Shown in pieces: positions 1 to 10,569 of a stretch of 64,000 bases of DNA (positions are counted from its first letter, which is position 1; each line of letters starts with the position of its first letter). This DNA is from an uncultured Saccharophagus sp. (GTDB lineage Bacteria > Pseudomonadota > Gammaproteobacteria > Pseudomonadales > Cellvibrionaceae). A program made the translations under genes and the position numbers. The stretch is taken from assembly GCA_937920545.1 (NCBI GenBank), contig CAKZUG010000011.1:5975-69974 (forward strand), written 5' to 3'. The notes below the pieces were generated by a model. That model saw only the letters and a program-made list of their open reading frames with translations, searched no databases and was not told where the DNA came from.

Positions 1-584
1 TCGATATGACCTGTGGTGGCCAGCGTGACTGCGCAGCAGGGGGTGTGCACATCATGTGCTATCTGGTTATTAATAGTTGGCGTGTTTTCAAAAAGTACTT
101 TCGCTTGTTCGGCAGGTAGGGTTGAGATAATCCAGTCAAAGCCAGTATGCTCTTGGTTGTTTTCATCTATAAGGGTGTGGCCATGTGGCGCTGTTTTCAT
201 GTGGGAGATGCGCGTATTATTGGTAACGGTTAGGCCGTTGCTGAGTGATTGCGTTAGGCTGCGCATGCCATTACTGCCAACATAGCGTTTGCGGGAATCG
301 GGTGATTCTTCAAGGTTGTCGTTACTGGCTTTTCTGGGGGTGAAATCCCATTGGGCAGCTACATTGGCCTCTATCCATTGTTGGGTTTGTTTGATAAATG
401 TGTCACTTTTGGCAGTAAAGTACTGTGCGCCAATGTTAATGGCGCCCATGTCTAAGCGTTTTGTGGTTAGGCGTCCGCCTTTGCCGCGTGCTTTATCAAA
501 AACAATAACCTCTATGCCGTTATCGTGAAGGTGCTTTGCTGCGCTGAGGCCGGTGATGCCTGCGCCAATGATTGCGATTTTCAT
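1..584 (-). CDS. Renalase-like NAD(P)/FAD-dependent oxidoreductase (3' end runs off the window; not in ORF track)
   Basis: Manual translation from ATG at 584: MKIAIIGAGITGLSAAKHLHDNGIEVIVFDKARGKGGRLTTKR...GAQYFTA; GxGxxG Rossmann fold, GGR and GAQYF motifs. Confidence 0.85.
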   Translation of the reverse strand, partial: MKIAIIGAGITGLSAAKHLHDNGIEVIVFDKARGKGGRLTTKRLDMGAINIGAQYFTAKSDTFIKQTQQWIEANVAAQWDFTPRKASNDNLEESPDSRKRYVGSNGMRSLTQSLSNGLTVTNNTRISHMKTAPHGHTLIDENNQEHTGFDWIISTLPAEQAKVLFENTPTINNQIAHDVHTPCCAVTLATTGHI

Positions 585-776
585 TTTGGTGTCTCTTTAA
601 CGTATTTGTTTACCTCTACGCTTATTGTTTGGGTTTATATTGAATGCTTTTACTGTGTTCTGATGTGTGGCTTTAAAATCAAGGTGAAAAATGCCATGAT
701 GCATCCACTAAAAATATAGCTTTTGCTGTGTTTATCCACGTGAATAAAATATAAATTTATAAAAGAAAGGTGCTCA

Positions 777-2255
777 ATGGAACGTTTATCCAATCTAACG
801 CTTGCGGCAAATGCTTGCTCGCATATCGCTAAGCCGCTTTATGACCGTAAATCTGTTAAGCCTGGTATTGTGCATTTAGGTATTGGTGCGTTTCATCGTG
901 CGCATCAGGCGATGTATACCGAAAAGGTGTTAAATGCCTTTGGTGGTGACTGGGCCATTATCGGTGCTAGCTTGCGCTCTGCTTCAGTTGCCGAGCAGTT
1001 GGAGCCTCAGGACGGTTTGTATACTGTGGTCGAGCGAAGTGGCGCGGGTGAAAACTACCAAGTTGTGGGTGCGGTACAGCGTGTTGTGGTTGGGCCTCAA
1101 GATCCCTCTGAGCTTATTGCCTTAATGGCTGATGAGGCTATTAAGGTTGTGTCGTTAACTGTGACAGAGAAAGGCTATTGCCATGATCCAGCAACGGGCG
1201 ATATTAATTGGTCTCATCCTGATATTAAGCATGACTTAGTGAATTTAGGCGCGCCTAAATCAGCCATTGGTTACATTGTTGCGGCGTTGCAAATACGCAA
1301 GCAAGGCAAGCTTAAAAGCTTTACGGCACTGAGTTGCGATAATCTACCTAATAACGGACATATTTTAGCCAAAGCTGTAATGCAGTTTGCTGGCAAAATA
1401 GATGCGGCGCTGGGTGAGTGGATTGAGTTTAATACAGCTTTTCCGTGCACTATGATTGATCGTATCGTTCCTGCCACGACTGAGGATGATAAAAAAGCAT
1501 TGGAAGTTGCAGTAGGTTATACCGATGCGGGTGTGGTGGTTACTGAGCCATTCTCACAATGGGTGATTGAGGATAAGTTTTGTAATGATCGGCCCCAGTG
1601 GGAGAAGGTGGGTGCCTTAATCGTGGGTGATGTGACGGCCTTTGAGCATTTAAAATTACGGTTGTTGAATGGTAGTCACTCGTTGTTAGCATATTGTGGT
1701 TACTTGGCGGGCTGCGAAACGGTCAGTGATGCTATGTCAAAGCCGGAGCTGGATGCTTTGGTCAAGCAGTATATGGATAATGATGCAGGTAAAACTTTAT
1801 ATGTGCCAGGCGGTTTTGATGTTGATGCTTATAAGGAAGAGCTGCGCGATCGTTTTAAAAACCCTGCTTTGAAGCATCGTACATGGCAAATAGCCATGGA
1901 TGGTTCACAAAAGTTGCCTCAGCGTATGCTGGGTGCTCTGAGAACGCATTTGGAGTCGGGTGGTAATTATGATGTGATTCTGCTTGCTATTGCTGCGTGG
2001 ATTAAATACGTCGGGGCGGTTGATGAAAAAGGGGTTGATATTGATGTGCAGGACCCGCTTGCTTGCCAGCTCAAGGCTGTGCATGAGGAATCGCAAACTG
2101 CTGAGCAGCTTATTGAGGCAGTGTTATCTGTAGAGGCTATTTTTGGCGTTGATTTGAAGCAAGATCCAGTATTTAAAAAGCAGTTGATCGATGTGTATAG
2201 TTGTATTGAAAGCAAAGGTGTTATGGCAGGGGTTGGTCAGTTGTTGAAAGCATAG
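777..2255 (+). CDS. Mannitol dehydrogenase family protein (D-mannonate oxidoreductase / mannitol 2-dehydrogenase type)
   Basis: GIVHLGIGAFHRAHQA, TVTEKGY, SCDNLPNNG, MIDRIVP, EPFSQWVIED, KLRLLNGSHS motifs; AAGG RBS. Confidence 0.92.
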   Translation: MERLSNLTLAANACSHIAKPLYDRKSVKPGIVHLGIGAFHRAHQAMYTEKVLNAFGGDWAIIGASLRSASVAEQLEPQDGLYTVVERSGAGENYQVVGAVQRVVVGPQDPSELIALMADEAIKVVSLTVTEKGYCHDPATGDINWSHPDIKHDLVNLGAPKSAIGYIVAALQIRKQGKLKSFTALSCDNLPNNGHILAKAVMQFAGKIDAALGEWIEFNTAFPCTMIDRIVPATTEDDKKALEVAVGYTDAGVVVTEPFSQWVIEDKFCNDRPQWEKVGALIVGDVTAFEHLKLRLLNGSHSLLAYCGYLAGCETVSDAMSKPELDALVKQYMDNDAGKTLYVPGGFDVDAYKEELRDRFKNPALKHRTWQIAMDGSQKLPQRMLGALRTHLESGGNYDVILLAIAAWIKYVGAVDEKGVDIDVQDPLACQLKAVHEESQTAEQLIEAVLSVEAIFGVDLKQDPVFKKQLIDVYSCIESKGVMAGVGQLLKA

Positions 2256-2329
2256 TTTACTCTTTAAATAAAATAATGCGTCCTGTGTCCATAAAAAGCG
2301 GATTAATTAAAATTTAATCAGTTTTAGTG

Positions 2330-2366
2330 TTGACACTATGGGGGCGGATCATTAGAATTGCGCCCT
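2330..2366 (+). promoter_or_regulatory. Sigma70 promoter of the S10 operon with GC-rich (stringent-type) discriminator
   Basis: TTGACA 2330-2335, 17-bp spacer, TAGAAT 2353-2358, followed by TGCGCCC. Confidence 0.8.
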
Positions 2367-2369
2367 CAT

Positions 2370-2413
2370 TTCAACCAACCATCTATATAAAATGTAGAAT
2401 CGGTTGGGCTGAA
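2370..2413 (+). promoter_or_regulatory. 5' leader hairpin upstream of rpsJ
   Basis: CCAACC 2375-2380 pairs with GGTTGG 2402-2407; TCTATAT 2382-2388 with ATGTAGA 2392-2398; TTCA/TGAA closing pairs. Confidence 0.5.
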
Positions 2414-2445
2414 CGTTCTTTAAAATACTGGGAGTTTTGATTCAC

Positions 2446-2757
2446 ATGCAGAACCAACGCATACGAATTCGCTTAAAAGCTTTTGATCACAAGTTGATCG
2501 ATGCTTCAACGCAAGAGATTGTAGAGACTGCAAAGCGTACAGGCGCGCAAGTTAGGGGTCCTATCCCTTTGCCGACACGCAAAGAGCGCTACACAATCTT
2601 GGTTTCACCGCACGTAAACAAAGATGCGCGTGACCAGTACGAAATTCGTACTTATAAGCGTTTGTTAGACATAGTAGAACCTACTGAAAAAACAGTTGAT
2701 GCTTTAATGAAGTTAGATTTAGCAGCAGGTGTTGAGGTTCAAATTAGTTTAGGTTAA
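2446..2757 (+). CDS. rpsJ: 30S ribosomal protein S10 (NusE)
   Basis: [15 protein letters not shown]...GPIPLPT...; 103 aa from ATG 2446. Confidence 0.99.
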   Translation: MQNQRIRIRLKAFDHKLIDASTQEIVETAKRTGAQVRGPIPLPTRKERYTILVSPHVNKDARDQYEIRTYKRLLDIVEPTEKTVDALMKLDLAAGVEVQISLG

Positions 2758-2791
2758 AACTCCTAAGATTTTTCGGCGAAAGCCGGTTTTT

Positions 2792-2840
2792 GTGTAACGC
2801 TCTTCGAAGGGCGGCCGTAGTGGGTAACAGCCCCGTGCAC
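2792..2840 (+). promoter_or_regulatory. Structured cis-RNA in the rpsJ-rplC spacer resembling 23S rRNA helices 19/20 (candidate r-protein feedback operator)
   Basis: GTGTAACGCTCTTCGAAGGGCGGCCGTAGTGGGTAACAGCCCCGTGCAC; stems GUGU/GCAC, CGCUCU/AGGGCG and GGG/CCC; ends 3 nt before the rplC RBS GAGG. Confidence 0.7.
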
Positions 2841-2855
2841 TGAGAGGTTATTAAG

Positions 2856-3500
2856 ATGACAATTGGAATAGTCGGCCGTAAAAGCGGCATGACACGCATA
2901 TTTACAGATGAAGGCACGTCCATCCCTGTAACAGTAATTGAAGTAGATCCTAATCGTATTGCTCAAGTTAAAACTGCAGAAACAGATGGTTATTCTTCTG
3001 TGCAGGTAACTGTGGGTTCTAAAAAATCTTCTCGTGTATCGAAGTCTCAAGCAGGCCACTTTGCAAAAGCTGAAGTTGAAGCTGGTAGGAAAGTAGTAGA
3101 GTTGCGCAACGATAACGACGAAGCATTTGAATTAGGTGCAACCATATCCGTAGATGCATTTGAGCTTGGTCAAAAAGTTGATGTAACTGGTCAATCTAAA
3201 GGTAAAGGTTTCGCAGGTGGTGTTAAGCGCTGGAATTTCAGTATGCAAGACGCTACTCACGGTAACTCTTTGTCTCATAGGGCGCCTGGTTCTATTGGTC
3301 AATGTCAAACACCTGGTCGTGTTTTTAAAGGCAAAAAAATGGCCGGTCATATGGGTGCTGAGCGCGTAACAACGCAAAACTTAGAAGTAGTTAAAGTTGA
3401 TGTTGAACGTAGCTTACTGTTAATCAAAGGTGCTGTTCCCGGTGCTCCTGGTGGCGACGTTATAGTTCGTCCAGCAGTTAAAGCACGTAAGAACGGTTAA
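2856..3500 (+). CDS. rplC: 50S ribosomal protein L3
   Basis: [44 protein letters not shown]. Confidence 0.99.
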   Translation: MTIGIVGRKSGMTRIFTDEGTSIPVTVIEVDPNRIAQVKTAETDGYSSVQVTVGSKKSSRVSKSQAGHFAKAEVEAGRKVVELRNDNDEAFELGATISVDAFELGQKVDVTGQSKGKGFAGGVKRWNFSMQDATHGNSLSHRAPGSIGQCQTPGRVFKGKKMAGHMGAERVTTQNLEVVKVDVERSLLLIKGAVPGAPGGDVIVRPAVKARKNG

Positions 3501-3517
3501 GCGCCTAGGAGCCAATG

Positions 3518-4132
3518 ATGGAATTAAGTATTGCAACACCTCAAGGCGCGAACGGTACAGTAACTGTATCTGATGTGGCTTTTGGTAAAGAGTTTAATGA
3601 AGACCTTGTACACCAAGCAGTAGTTTCATATCTTGCTGGTGCACGTCAAGGTACAAGAGGCCAAAAGAACCGTTCAGCGGTATCTGGTGGTGGTAAAAAG
3701 CCATGGCGTCAAAAAGGTACGGGTCGTGCTCGTGCTGGTACAATCAGAAGCCCAATTTGGCGTTCTGGTGGTGTTACGTTTGCAGCGCAACCACAAGACC
3801 ACGCTCAGAAAATCAACAAGAAAATGTATCGTGCAGCTTTACGTTGTATTATGTCAGAGCTTGCTCGCACAGAAAGATTGCTTGTTGTTGAAAGTTTTGC
3901 AGTAGAAAGCCCAAAAACAAAAGAGCTTGTCCAAAAGCTTGCAGAATATGACTTATCAAACGTTTTGATTGTTGATGCAGAGGTTAATGAAAATCTGTAT
4001 CTAGCATCAAGAAACTTGCATAAAGTTGATGTTCGTGATGTTGCTGGCGTTGACCCTGTAAGCTTAGTTAAATTTGAGAAAGTAGTAGTGACTGTTTCTG
4101 CGCTTAAAAAGTTAGAAGAGGCCCTAGTATGA
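3518..4132 (+). CDS. rplD: 50S ribosomal protein L4
   Basis: [18 protein letters not shown]; AGGAG RBS spacing favours the second ATG (3518). Confidence 0.98.
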   Translation: MELSIATPQGANGTVTVSDVAFGKEFNEDLVHQAVVSYLAGARQGTRGQKNRSAVSGGGKKPWRQKGTGRARAGTIRSPIWRSGGVTFAAQPQDHAQKINKKMYRAALRCIMSELARTERLLVVESFAVESPKTKELVQKLAEYDLSNVLIVDAEVNENLYLASRNLHKVDVRDVAGVDPVSLVKFEKVVVTVSALKKLEEALV

Positions 4133-4425
4133 ATCTCGAAAGAATCTATAAAGTAATTCTTGGTCCTGTTGTTTCAGAGAAAACAGCCGGTATTGCAGAG
4201 TTATCAAATCAAGTTGTTTTTAAAGTTGAAAAAACATCAACAAAAGCTGAAGTGAAAGCTGCTGTTGAGAAACTTTTTAACGTTAAGGTTCAAGCAGTTC
4301 AAACCTTGAATGTGAAAGGCAAAACTAAGCGCACACGCACCGGCCTTGGCCAGCGTAGCGATTGGAAAAAAGCCTATGTACGTTTAGAGCAAGGTCAAGA
4401 AATTAACTTTGCTGAAGCGGAATAA
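4129..4425 (+). CDS. rplW: 50S ribosomal protein L23
   Basis: [26 protein letters not shown]. Confidence 0.99.
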   Translation: MNLERIYKVILGPVVSEKTAGIAELSNQVVFKVEKTSTKAEVKAAVEKLFNVKVQAVQTLNVKGKTKRTRTGLGQRSDWKKAYVRLEQGQEINFAEAE

Positions 4426-4437
4426 GGAGTTACTACT

Positions 4438-5265
4438 ATGCCAATCGTAAAGCGTAAGCCAACTTCAGCAGGTCGCAGATTTGTTGTAAGTGTTGTTAAT
4501 CCTGATTTACATAAAGGTTCACCATACGCCCCGTTGCTAGAAAAAAAGAGCAAGTCTGGTGGCCGTAACAATAATGGTCGAATCACGACTCGTCACATTG
4601 GTGGTGGTCACAAGCAGCATTATCGTATTATTGATTTTAAACGCAATAAAGACGGTATCGCTGCAAAAGTTGAACGTATCGAATATGATCCCAACCGATC
4701 AGCCTACATTGCATTAGTTTGTTATGCTGACGGTGAGCGTCGTTATATTATTGCACCTAAAGGTATATCTGCTGGTGATGTAGTTCAATCTGGTGATGCT
4801 GCACCTATTAAAGCGGGTAATACATTGCCGCTAAGAAACATCCCTGTAGGTAGTGTTGTACACTGTGTAGAAATGAAGCCAGGCAAAGGCGCGCAAATTG
4901 CTCGCTCAGCAGGTACTTCAGTTCAGCTGGTTGCACGAGAAGGTCGTTACTGTACGCTTCGTCTTCGCAGTGGTGAGATGAGAAAGATTTTATCTGAGTG
5001 TAAGGCCACACTAGGTGAAGTATCAAACAGCGAACACAGCTTGCGCTCATTAGGTAAGGCTGGTGCTAATCGCTGGAGAGGCGTTCGTCCAACCGTTCGC
5101 GGTGTAGCGATGAACCCTGTTGATCACCCGCATGGTGGTGGTGAAGGTAAAACTTCAGGTGGTCGTCATCCTGTATCACCATGGGGTACGCCAGCTAAGG
5201 GTTATAAAACTCGTAGCAATAAGCGTACAGATAAAATGATTGTTCGTCGTCGTAATAAGAAGTAA
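4438..5265 (+). CDS. rplB: 50S ribosomal protein L2
   Basis: [36 protein letters not shown]. Confidence 0.99.
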   Translation: MPIVKRKPTSAGRRFVVSVVNPDLHKGSPYAPLLEKKSKSGGRNNNGRITTRHIGGGHKQHYRIIDFKRNKDGIAAKVERIEYDPNRSAYIALVCYADGERRYIIAPKGISAGDVVQSGDAAPIKAGNTLPLRNIPVGSVVHCVEMKPGKGAQIARSAGTSVQLVAREGRYCTLRLRSGEMRKILSECKATLGEVSNSEHSLRSLGKAGANRWRGVRPTVRGVAMNPVDHPHGGGEGKTSGGRHPVSPWGTPAKGYKTRSNKRTDKMIVRRRNKK

Positions 5266-5297
5266 GCGACGCTCAACTAAGCAAAGAGGAAATCACA

Positions 5298-5573
5298 GTG
5301 CCACGTTCACTGAAGAAAGGTCCATTTATCGATCATCACCTTTTAAAGAAGGTAGAAGAAGCGGTAGAAAAAAATGATCGTCGTCCGATTAAAACTTGGT
5401 CACGTCGATCAATGATTCTTCCAAACATGGTTGGTCTTACTATTGCTGTACATAACGGTCGTCAACATGTACCCGTATTGGTCAACGAAGAAATGGTAGG
5501 TCACAAACTAGGTGAATTCGCGGTTACACGTTTATATCGCGGTCACGTTGCAGATAAAAAAGCCAAGCGCTAA
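5298..5573 (+). CDS. rpsS: 30S ribosomal protein S19
   Basis: GTG start; [22 protein letters not shown]. Confidence 0.99.
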   Translation: MPRSLKKGPFIDHHLLKKVEEAVEKNDRRPIKTWSRRSMILPNMVGLTIAVHNGRQHVPVLVNEEMVGHKLGEFAVTRLYRGHVADKKAKR

Positions 5574-5596
5574 GCGCAGGCGGGTGAGGAAGAGTG

Positions 5597-5929
5597 ATGG
5601 AAGTAGCAGCTAAATTACGCGGTGCAAGCATGTCGGCTCAGAAAGCCCGCTTGGTTGCAGATCAAATCCGAGGTAAGTCCGTTGAGGAAGCGTTGGATTT
5701 GTTGGCCTTTAGCACGAAGAAAGGTGCAGCAATCATAAAGAAAGTGCTTGAGTCAGCTATTGCTAACGCAGAGCACAACGAAGGCGCGGACGTTGATGAC
5801 TTACGAGTTTCAACAATTTTTGTAGATGGTGGTTTAACTATGAAGCGTATTATGCCTCGAGCTAAAGGTCGAGCAGATAGAATTTTAAAGCGCACATGTC
5901 ATATCACTGTTAAAGTAGCGGATCAATAA
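5597..5929 (+). CDS. rplV: 50S ribosomal protein L22
   Basis: [21 protein letters not shown]; GAGGA RBS before ATG 5597. Confidence 0.98.
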   Translation: MEVAAKLRGASMSAQKARLVADQIRGKSVEEALDLLAFSTKKGAAIIKKVLESAIANAEHNEGADVDDLRVSTIFVDGGLTMKRIMPRAKGRADRILKRTCHITVKVADQ

Positions 5930-5941
5930 GAGAGCATACCT

Positions 5942-6616
5942 ATGGGCCAGAAAGTACATCCAACTGGAATTAGACTAGGCATTGTTAAAAAACACACCTC
6001 AGTCTGGTATGCCGGCAAAGACGATTACGCCGATAAGCTGAATCAAGACTTAGAAGTGCGTACATTTATCAATGAAGCGTTATCACACGCATCAGTAAGC
6101 CGTATTGATATTGAACGACCAGCTAACACAGCACGTGTGACGATTCATACAGCACGTCCTGGTATTGTTATTGGTAAAAAAGGTGAAGACGTAGAAAAGC
6201 TACGCACAGCTATCTCTAAAAAGATGGGTGTTCCAGTTCATATCAATATCGAAGAGATCCGTAAGCCAGATTTAGATGCTAATTTAGTTGCTGAAAGCGT
6301 TGCTTCACAACTTGAGCGTCGCGTTATGTTTCGTCGTGCTATGAAGCGCGCAGTACAAAACGCCATGCGTCAAGGTGCTGAAGGCGTTAAAGTACAAGTT
6401 GGTGGTCGTTTAGGCGGTGCAGAGATTGCACGTTCTGAATGGTATAGAGAAGGTCGTGTACCTCTTCATACTCTTCGCGCTGATATCGATTATGCAACTG
6501 CTGAAGCGTCAACCACTTATGGCATCATAGGTGTGAAGGTTTGGATATTTAAAGGTGAAGTCATCGGCGGTATTGATGAAGTCGAAGCCAAACAAAAAAA
6601 GAAGGGCTCTAAATAG
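5942..6616 (+). CDS. rpsC: 30S ribosomal protein S3
   Basis: [30 protein letters not shown]. Confidence 0.99.
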   Translation: MGQKVHPTGIRLGIVKKHTSVWYAGKDDYADKLNQDLEVRTFINEALSHASVSRIDIERPANTARVTIHTARPGIVIGKKGEDVEKLRTAISKKMGVPVHINIEEIRKPDLDANLVAESVASQLERRVMFRRAMKRAVQNAMRQGAEGVKVQVGGRLGGAEIARSEWYREGRVPLHTLRADIDYATAEASTTYGIIGVKVWIFKGEVIGGIDEVEAKQKKKGSK

Positions 6617-6653
6617 AGCTCAACTAAATTTTAGCTAGTAAAGGGTTAGGCAA

Positions 6654-7067
6654 ATGCTACAACCAAAGCGAACAAAATTTCGCAAGCAGCAGAAAGGCCG
6701 CAATAGAGGCCTTGCGCATCGCGGCTCTAAAGTCAGTTTTGGCGAATATGCTTTAAAAGCGACTGCTCGTGGAAGAATTACAGCTCGACAAATTGAAGCT
6801 GCTCGACGTGCAATGACACGTCACGTAAAACGTGGTGGAAAAATTTGGATTAGGGTTTTCCCTGATAAGCCGATTACCGAGAAGCCTCTTGAAGTGCGTC
6901 AAGGTAAAGGTAAGGGTAACGTAGAATATTGGGTGTGTCAGGTTTTGCCTGGTAAAGTCCTATATGAAATGGAAGGTGTTTCAGAGCAGTTGGCAAGAGA
7001 AGCATTTGCTCTAGCTGCAGCAAAATTACCTTTAAGTACAACTTTTGTTAAACGATCGGTGATGTAA
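6654..7067 (+). CDS. rplP: 50S ribosomal protein L16
   Basis: [25 protein letters not shown]. Confidence 0.99.
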   Translation: MLQPKRTKFRKQQKGRNRGLAHRGSKVSFGEYALKATARGRITARQIEAARRAMTRHVKRGGKIWIRVFPDKPITEKPLEVRQGKGKGNVEYWVCQVLPGKVLYEMEGVSEQLAREAFALAAAKLPLSTTFVKRSVM

Positions 7068-7261
7068 TGAAAGCTCAAGATCTCAACGAAAAAACAGTTG
7101 AAGAACTGAACCAAGAGCTTCTATCTCAGTTAGAAGAGCAATTTAAGCTACGTATGCAAAAGTCGACAGGTCAGCTAAATCAAACTCATTTGATGAAGCA
7201 GTTACGTCGCGATATTGCACGTATTAAAACTGTTCTTCGACAAAAAGCGATAAAAGGTTAG
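7067..7261 (+). CDS. rpmC: 50S ribosomal protein L29
   Basis: FKLRMQ...RRDIARIKT; TAATG overlap with rplP. Confidence 0.98.
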   Translation: MKAQDLNEKTVEELNQELLSQLEEQFKLRMQKSTGQLNQTHLMKQLRRDIARIKTVLRQKAIKG

Positions 7262-7271
7262 GGCGACTGTT

Positions 7272-7538
7272 ATGACTGAAGCAAACAAATTGGTTCGTAC
7301 GCTAACAGGTAAAGTTGTTAGTGACAAAATGGAAAAGTCTGTAGTTGTTTTGATAGAAAGACGCGTTAAGCATCCTATGTATGGCAAGTATATTAGTAAG
7401 TCTACAAAGGTAAAAGCGCACGATGAGAATAATGAGTGTAAAATGGGTGACACTGTCACTATCTCAGAATCTCGTCCGCTATCAAAAACAAAGTCATGGG
7501 CTTTAGTAAAAATCGAAGAACGTGCAACGATAATTTAA
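7272..7538 (+). CDS. rpsQ: 30S ribosomal protein S17
   Basis: [28 protein letters not shown]. Confidence 0.99.
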   Translation: MTEANKLVRTLTGKVVSDKMEKSVVVLIERRVKHPMYGKYISKSTKVKAHDENNECKMGDTVTISESRPLSKTKSWALVKIEERATII

Positions 7539-7575
7539 GTTGTCTGCTGCTAGATAGAGATTTTGGAGATACAAA

Positions 7576-7944
7576 ATGATTCAAACGCAAAGCTATTTAG
7601 ATGTAGCTGACAACAGCGGCGCAAGACGCGTTATGTGTATCAAGGTATTAGGTGGTTCACATCGTCGTTATGCAAGTGTCGGAGACATTATCAAAGTTAC
7701 CGTAAAAGAAGCAATTCCACGCGGTAAAGTTAAAAAAGGCCAAGTTATAAACGCGGTTGTTGTAAGAACACGTAAAGGTGTACGTCGTGCGGACGGTTCT
7801 ATCATCCGTTTTGATGATAACGCAGCTGTTCTACTTAACACACAGGACGCTCCTGTTGGTACCCGTATTTTTGGACCTGTGACACGTGAACTTCGCGGTG
7901 AGAAGTTCATGAAGATTATCTCTTTGGCGCCAGAAGTACTTTAG
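7576..7944 (+). CDS. rplN: 50S ribosomal protein L14
   Basis: [30 protein letters not shown]. Confidence 0.99.
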   Translation: MIQTQSYLDVADNSGARRVMCIKVLGGSHRRYASVGDIIKVTVKEAIPRGKVKKGQVINAVVVRTRKGVRRADGSIIRFDDNAAVLLNTQDAPVGTRIFGPVTRELRGEKFMKIISLAPEVL

Positions 7945-7974
7945 TACTTCAGCCAAAAATCAGAGGTTTAAACC

Positions 7975-8292
7975 ATGCGAAAGATTAAGAAAGATGACGA
8001 CGTAATAGTTATCGCCGGTAAAGATAAAGGTAAGCTTGGTAAAGTGAACCGTATTCTTGCAAACGATAAATTGATCGTCTCTGGTGTGCAAATGATTAAA
8101 AAGCACCAAAAACCAAATCCACAGCTAAACATCGCGGGTGGAATCATAGAGAAAGAAGCAGCTATCCAAGCTTCAAATGTTGCCATTTACAATCCGTCTA
8201 CTAAAAAAGCGGATAAAGTTGGCTTCAAAATTGAAGAAGATGGAAAGAAGGTTCGAGTATTTAAATCTAGCGGCGAAGCTATCGACGCATAA
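7975..8292 (+). CDS. rplX: 50S ribosomal protein L24
   Basis: KOW motif [11 protein letters not shown]; KKHQKPNP. Confidence 0.99.
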   Translation: MRKIKKDDDVIVIAGKDKGKLGKVNRILANDKLIVSGVQMIKKHQKPNPQLNIAGGIIEKEAAIQASNVAIYNPSTKKADKVGFKIEEDGKKVRVFKSSGEAIDA

Positions 8293-8321
8293 TTGCGCTA
8301 AATGTTGATTGAGTGATTAAA

Positions 8322-8861
8322 ATGGCCAGGCTAAAAGAAGTTTACAACAAAGAATTAGCACCCAAACTTCAAGATGAATTGGGTTTAAAAAGTCCTATGG
8401 AAATTCCTAGGATTACAAAAATCACCCTTAATATGGGTGTGGGCGAAGCATTAGCCGACAAGAAAGTATTAGAAAACGCGGTTGCTGATTTGCAGAAGAT
8501 TGCAGGTCAAAAACCTGTTGTAACTCGTGCTCGTAAGTCTATTGCTGGATTTAAAGTACGTGAAGGCTGGCCAATTGGTTGCAAAGTTACATTGCGTAGT
8601 GAAAGAATGTATGAGTTTTTAGACAGACTTATTAGCATCTCTATTCCGCGTATTCGCGACTTCCGTGGTATCAGCCCTAAGCAATTTGATGGACGTGGTA
8701 ATTTCTCTATGGGTGTTACAGAGCAAATTATCTTCCCTGAGATCGATTATGATAAGATTGATAAAATACGTGGCTTAGATATTTGTATATCTACAACTGC
8801 ACGTACTAACGAAGAAGGTCGAGCATTACTTAAGGCCTTTAACTTTCCGTTCAAGGGTTAA
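8322..8861 (+). CDS. rplE: 50S ribosomal protein L5
   Basis: [32 protein letters not shown]. Confidence 0.98.
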   Translation: MARLKEVYNKELAPKLQDELGLKSPMEIPRITKITLNMGVGEALADKKVLENAVADLQKIAGQKPVVTRARKSIAGFKVREGWPIGCKVTLRSERMYEFLDRLISISIPRIRDFRGISPKQFDGRGNFSMGVTEQIIFPEIDYDKIDKIRGLDICISTTARTNEEGRALLKAFNFPFKG

Positions 8862-8872
8862 GGTTTAGTTTT

Positions 8873-9178
8873 ATGGCTAAGAAGTCAATGATTGCTCGCG
8901 AAGCAAAAAGAACAAAACTAGCTGAGAAGCATGCTGAAAAGCGTGCTGAGCTAAAAGCAATAATTGGTGGTGTCGACTCATCAGAAGATGAAGTTTGGGA
9001 AGCGCAACTTAAGCTTCAAAAACTTCCTCGCGATGCTAGCCCAAGTAGACAGCAAAAGCGTTGTCGAATCACAGGCCGTCCTCATGCGGTATATCGTAAA
9101 TTTGGACTTTGCCGTAATAAGCTGCGTGAAGCAGCTATGCGTGGTGATGTTCCAGGCTTGGTTAAAGCAAGCTGGTAA
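8873..9178 (+). CDS. rpsN: 30S ribosomal protein S14 (long 101-aa, zinc-free type)
   Basis: [10 protein letters not shown]...RCRITGRPH...PGLVKASW. Confidence 0.99.
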   Translation: MAKKSMIAREAKRTKLAEKHAEKRAELKAIIGGVDSSEDEVWEAQLKLQKLPRDASPSRQQKRCRITGRPHAVYRKFGLCRNKLREAAMRGDVPGLVKASW

Positions 9179-9203
9179 TCGGGTTAGTTAGGAGCAAGTT
9201 GCT

Positions 9204-9596
9204 ATGAGTATGCAAGACCCTATCGCCGACATGTTGACACGCATTCGTAATGCGCAACAAGTTGGTAAGACAACAGTAAGTATGCCTTCATCAAACGTTA
9301 AAAAGAGTATTGCTAGCGTTCTTAAAAGTGAAGGTTTCGTTGGTGAATTCGCTGTTAATGACAGTGCTAAGCCAGAGTTAACGATTGAACTTAAATATTT
9401 CGAAGGAAAGCCAGTTATTGTCGAGTTAGACAGAGCTAGTCGCCCAGGTTTACGTTCATACGCTGGCAAAGATGCTATTCCATCGGTTCGTGGTGGTTTG
9501 GGTGTTGCTATCGTTTCTACAAGTAAAGGTGTCATGACTGACCGTGCTGCTCGCGAAGCAGGTATTGGCGGCGAAATCCTTTGCACAGTATTCTAA
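9204..9596 (+). CDS. rpsH: 30S ribosomal protein S8
   Basis: [31 protein letters not shown]. Confidence 0.99.
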   Translation: MSMQDPIADMLTRIRNAQQVGKTTVSMPSSNVKKSIASVLKSEGFVGEFAVNDSAKPELTIELKYFEGKPVIVELDRASRPGLRSYAGKDAIPSVRGGLGVAIVSTSKGVMTDRAAREAGIGGEILCTVF

Positions 9597-9628
9597 AGAT
9601 TACTTAAAACTTTTATTGGGTATTCGTC

Positions 9629-10156
9629 ATGTCACGAGTTGCTAAAAATCCAGTTTCATTGCCTTCTGGCGTGAAACTGACTCTAGAAGGCCAAGAGCTT
9701 TCTATTAAAGGTGGTAAAGGTGAATTATCTTTAACCATCAGTAAAGATGTAGAAGTGAAAGAAGAAAATAACGTTCTTACTTTCGCTTCAAATTTAAAAT
9801 CATCGACTGCTATGGCAGGTACTGTACGTGCTCTTGTAAATAATATGGTTACAGGTGTGACAGTTGGTTTTGAAAAGAAATTACAACTAGTTGGTGTTGG
9901 TTACCGTGCTAAAGCTACAGGTAAAGTTTTAAACTTGACCCTTGGCTTTTCGCATCCAGTTGATTATCAGTTACCTGAAGGTGTTACAGCTGAAACACCT
10001 TCACAAACTGACATTATTTTAAAAAGCGCCGACAAGCAATTGTTAGGTCAAGTAGCTTCTGAAATTCGTGCTTACCGTCCGCCTGAGCCTTACAAAGGTA
10101 AAGGTGTTCGTTATGCTGATGAACAAGTAAAACGTAAAGAAGCTAAGAAGAAGTAA
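9629..10156 (+). CDS. rplF: 50S ribosomal protein L6
   Basis: [27 protein letters not shown]. Confidence 0.99.
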   Translation: MSRVAKNPVSLPSGVKLTLEGQELSIKGGKGELSLTISKDVEVKEENNVLTFASNLKSSTAMAGTVRALVNNMVTGVTVGFEKKLQLVGVGYRAKATGKVLNLTLGFSHPVDYQLPEGVTAETPSQTDIILKSADKQLLGQVASEIRAYRPPEPYKGKGVRYADEQVKRKEAKKK

Positions 10157-10208
10157 TTTATCTTGTATTTGTTTTAAACATTTGCTCGAAAATCAGGATT
10201 TTATTCAC

Positions 10209-10559
10209 ATGAATGCAAAAAAACAGTCTAGAATACGTCGCGCTCGACGATCTCGAGCAAAGATGTCTGAATTAGGTTCAACACGCCTTTGTGTTAACCG
10301 TACACCACGTCATATTTACGCTCAGATTATTTCCGCTGAAGGCGATAAAGTTTTAGCTTCTGCTTCAACTTTAGAAAAAGATCTACGTGGCAATTCTACA
10401 GGTAATAAAGACGCAGCTTCAGCCGTAGGTAGCTTAATTGCTAAGCGCGCTTCTGAAGCCGGTGTTAAATCAGTAGCTTTTGACCGCAGTGGTTTTAAAT
10501 ATCACGGTCGTGTTAAAGCATTGGCAGAAGCAGCTCGCGAAGGCGGTTTGGAATTCTAA
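10209..10559 (+). CDS. rplR: 50S ribosomal protein L18
   Basis: [35 protein letters not shown]; 116 aa from ATG 10209. Confidence 0.98.
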   Translation: MNAKKQSRIRRARRSRAKMSELGSTRLCVNRTPRHIYAQIISAEGDKVLASASTLEKDLRGNSTGNKDAASAVGSLIAKRASEAGVKSVAFDRSGFKYHGRVKALAEAAREGGLEF

Positions 10560-10569
10560 AGGTTAAATT

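Noticed and set aside
13-719. Three short plus-strand ORFs
   Set aside because: They overlap the clear minus-strand renalase-like gene and its promoter region and have no recognisable motifs
732-740. DnaA-box-like TTATCCACG
   Set aside because: Single 8-of-9 match, expected by chance
2792-2840. rRNA gene or rRNA pseudogene
   Set aside because: Similarity covers only about 49 nt inside an operon spacer; treated as a cis-element
10182-10208. N-terminal extensions given by the ORF track (rplR; likewise rpsJ, rplE, rplO, secY, rpoA, glgX, slyD and the permease)
   Set aside because: Downstream ATGs give canonical lengths and/or better RBS spacing
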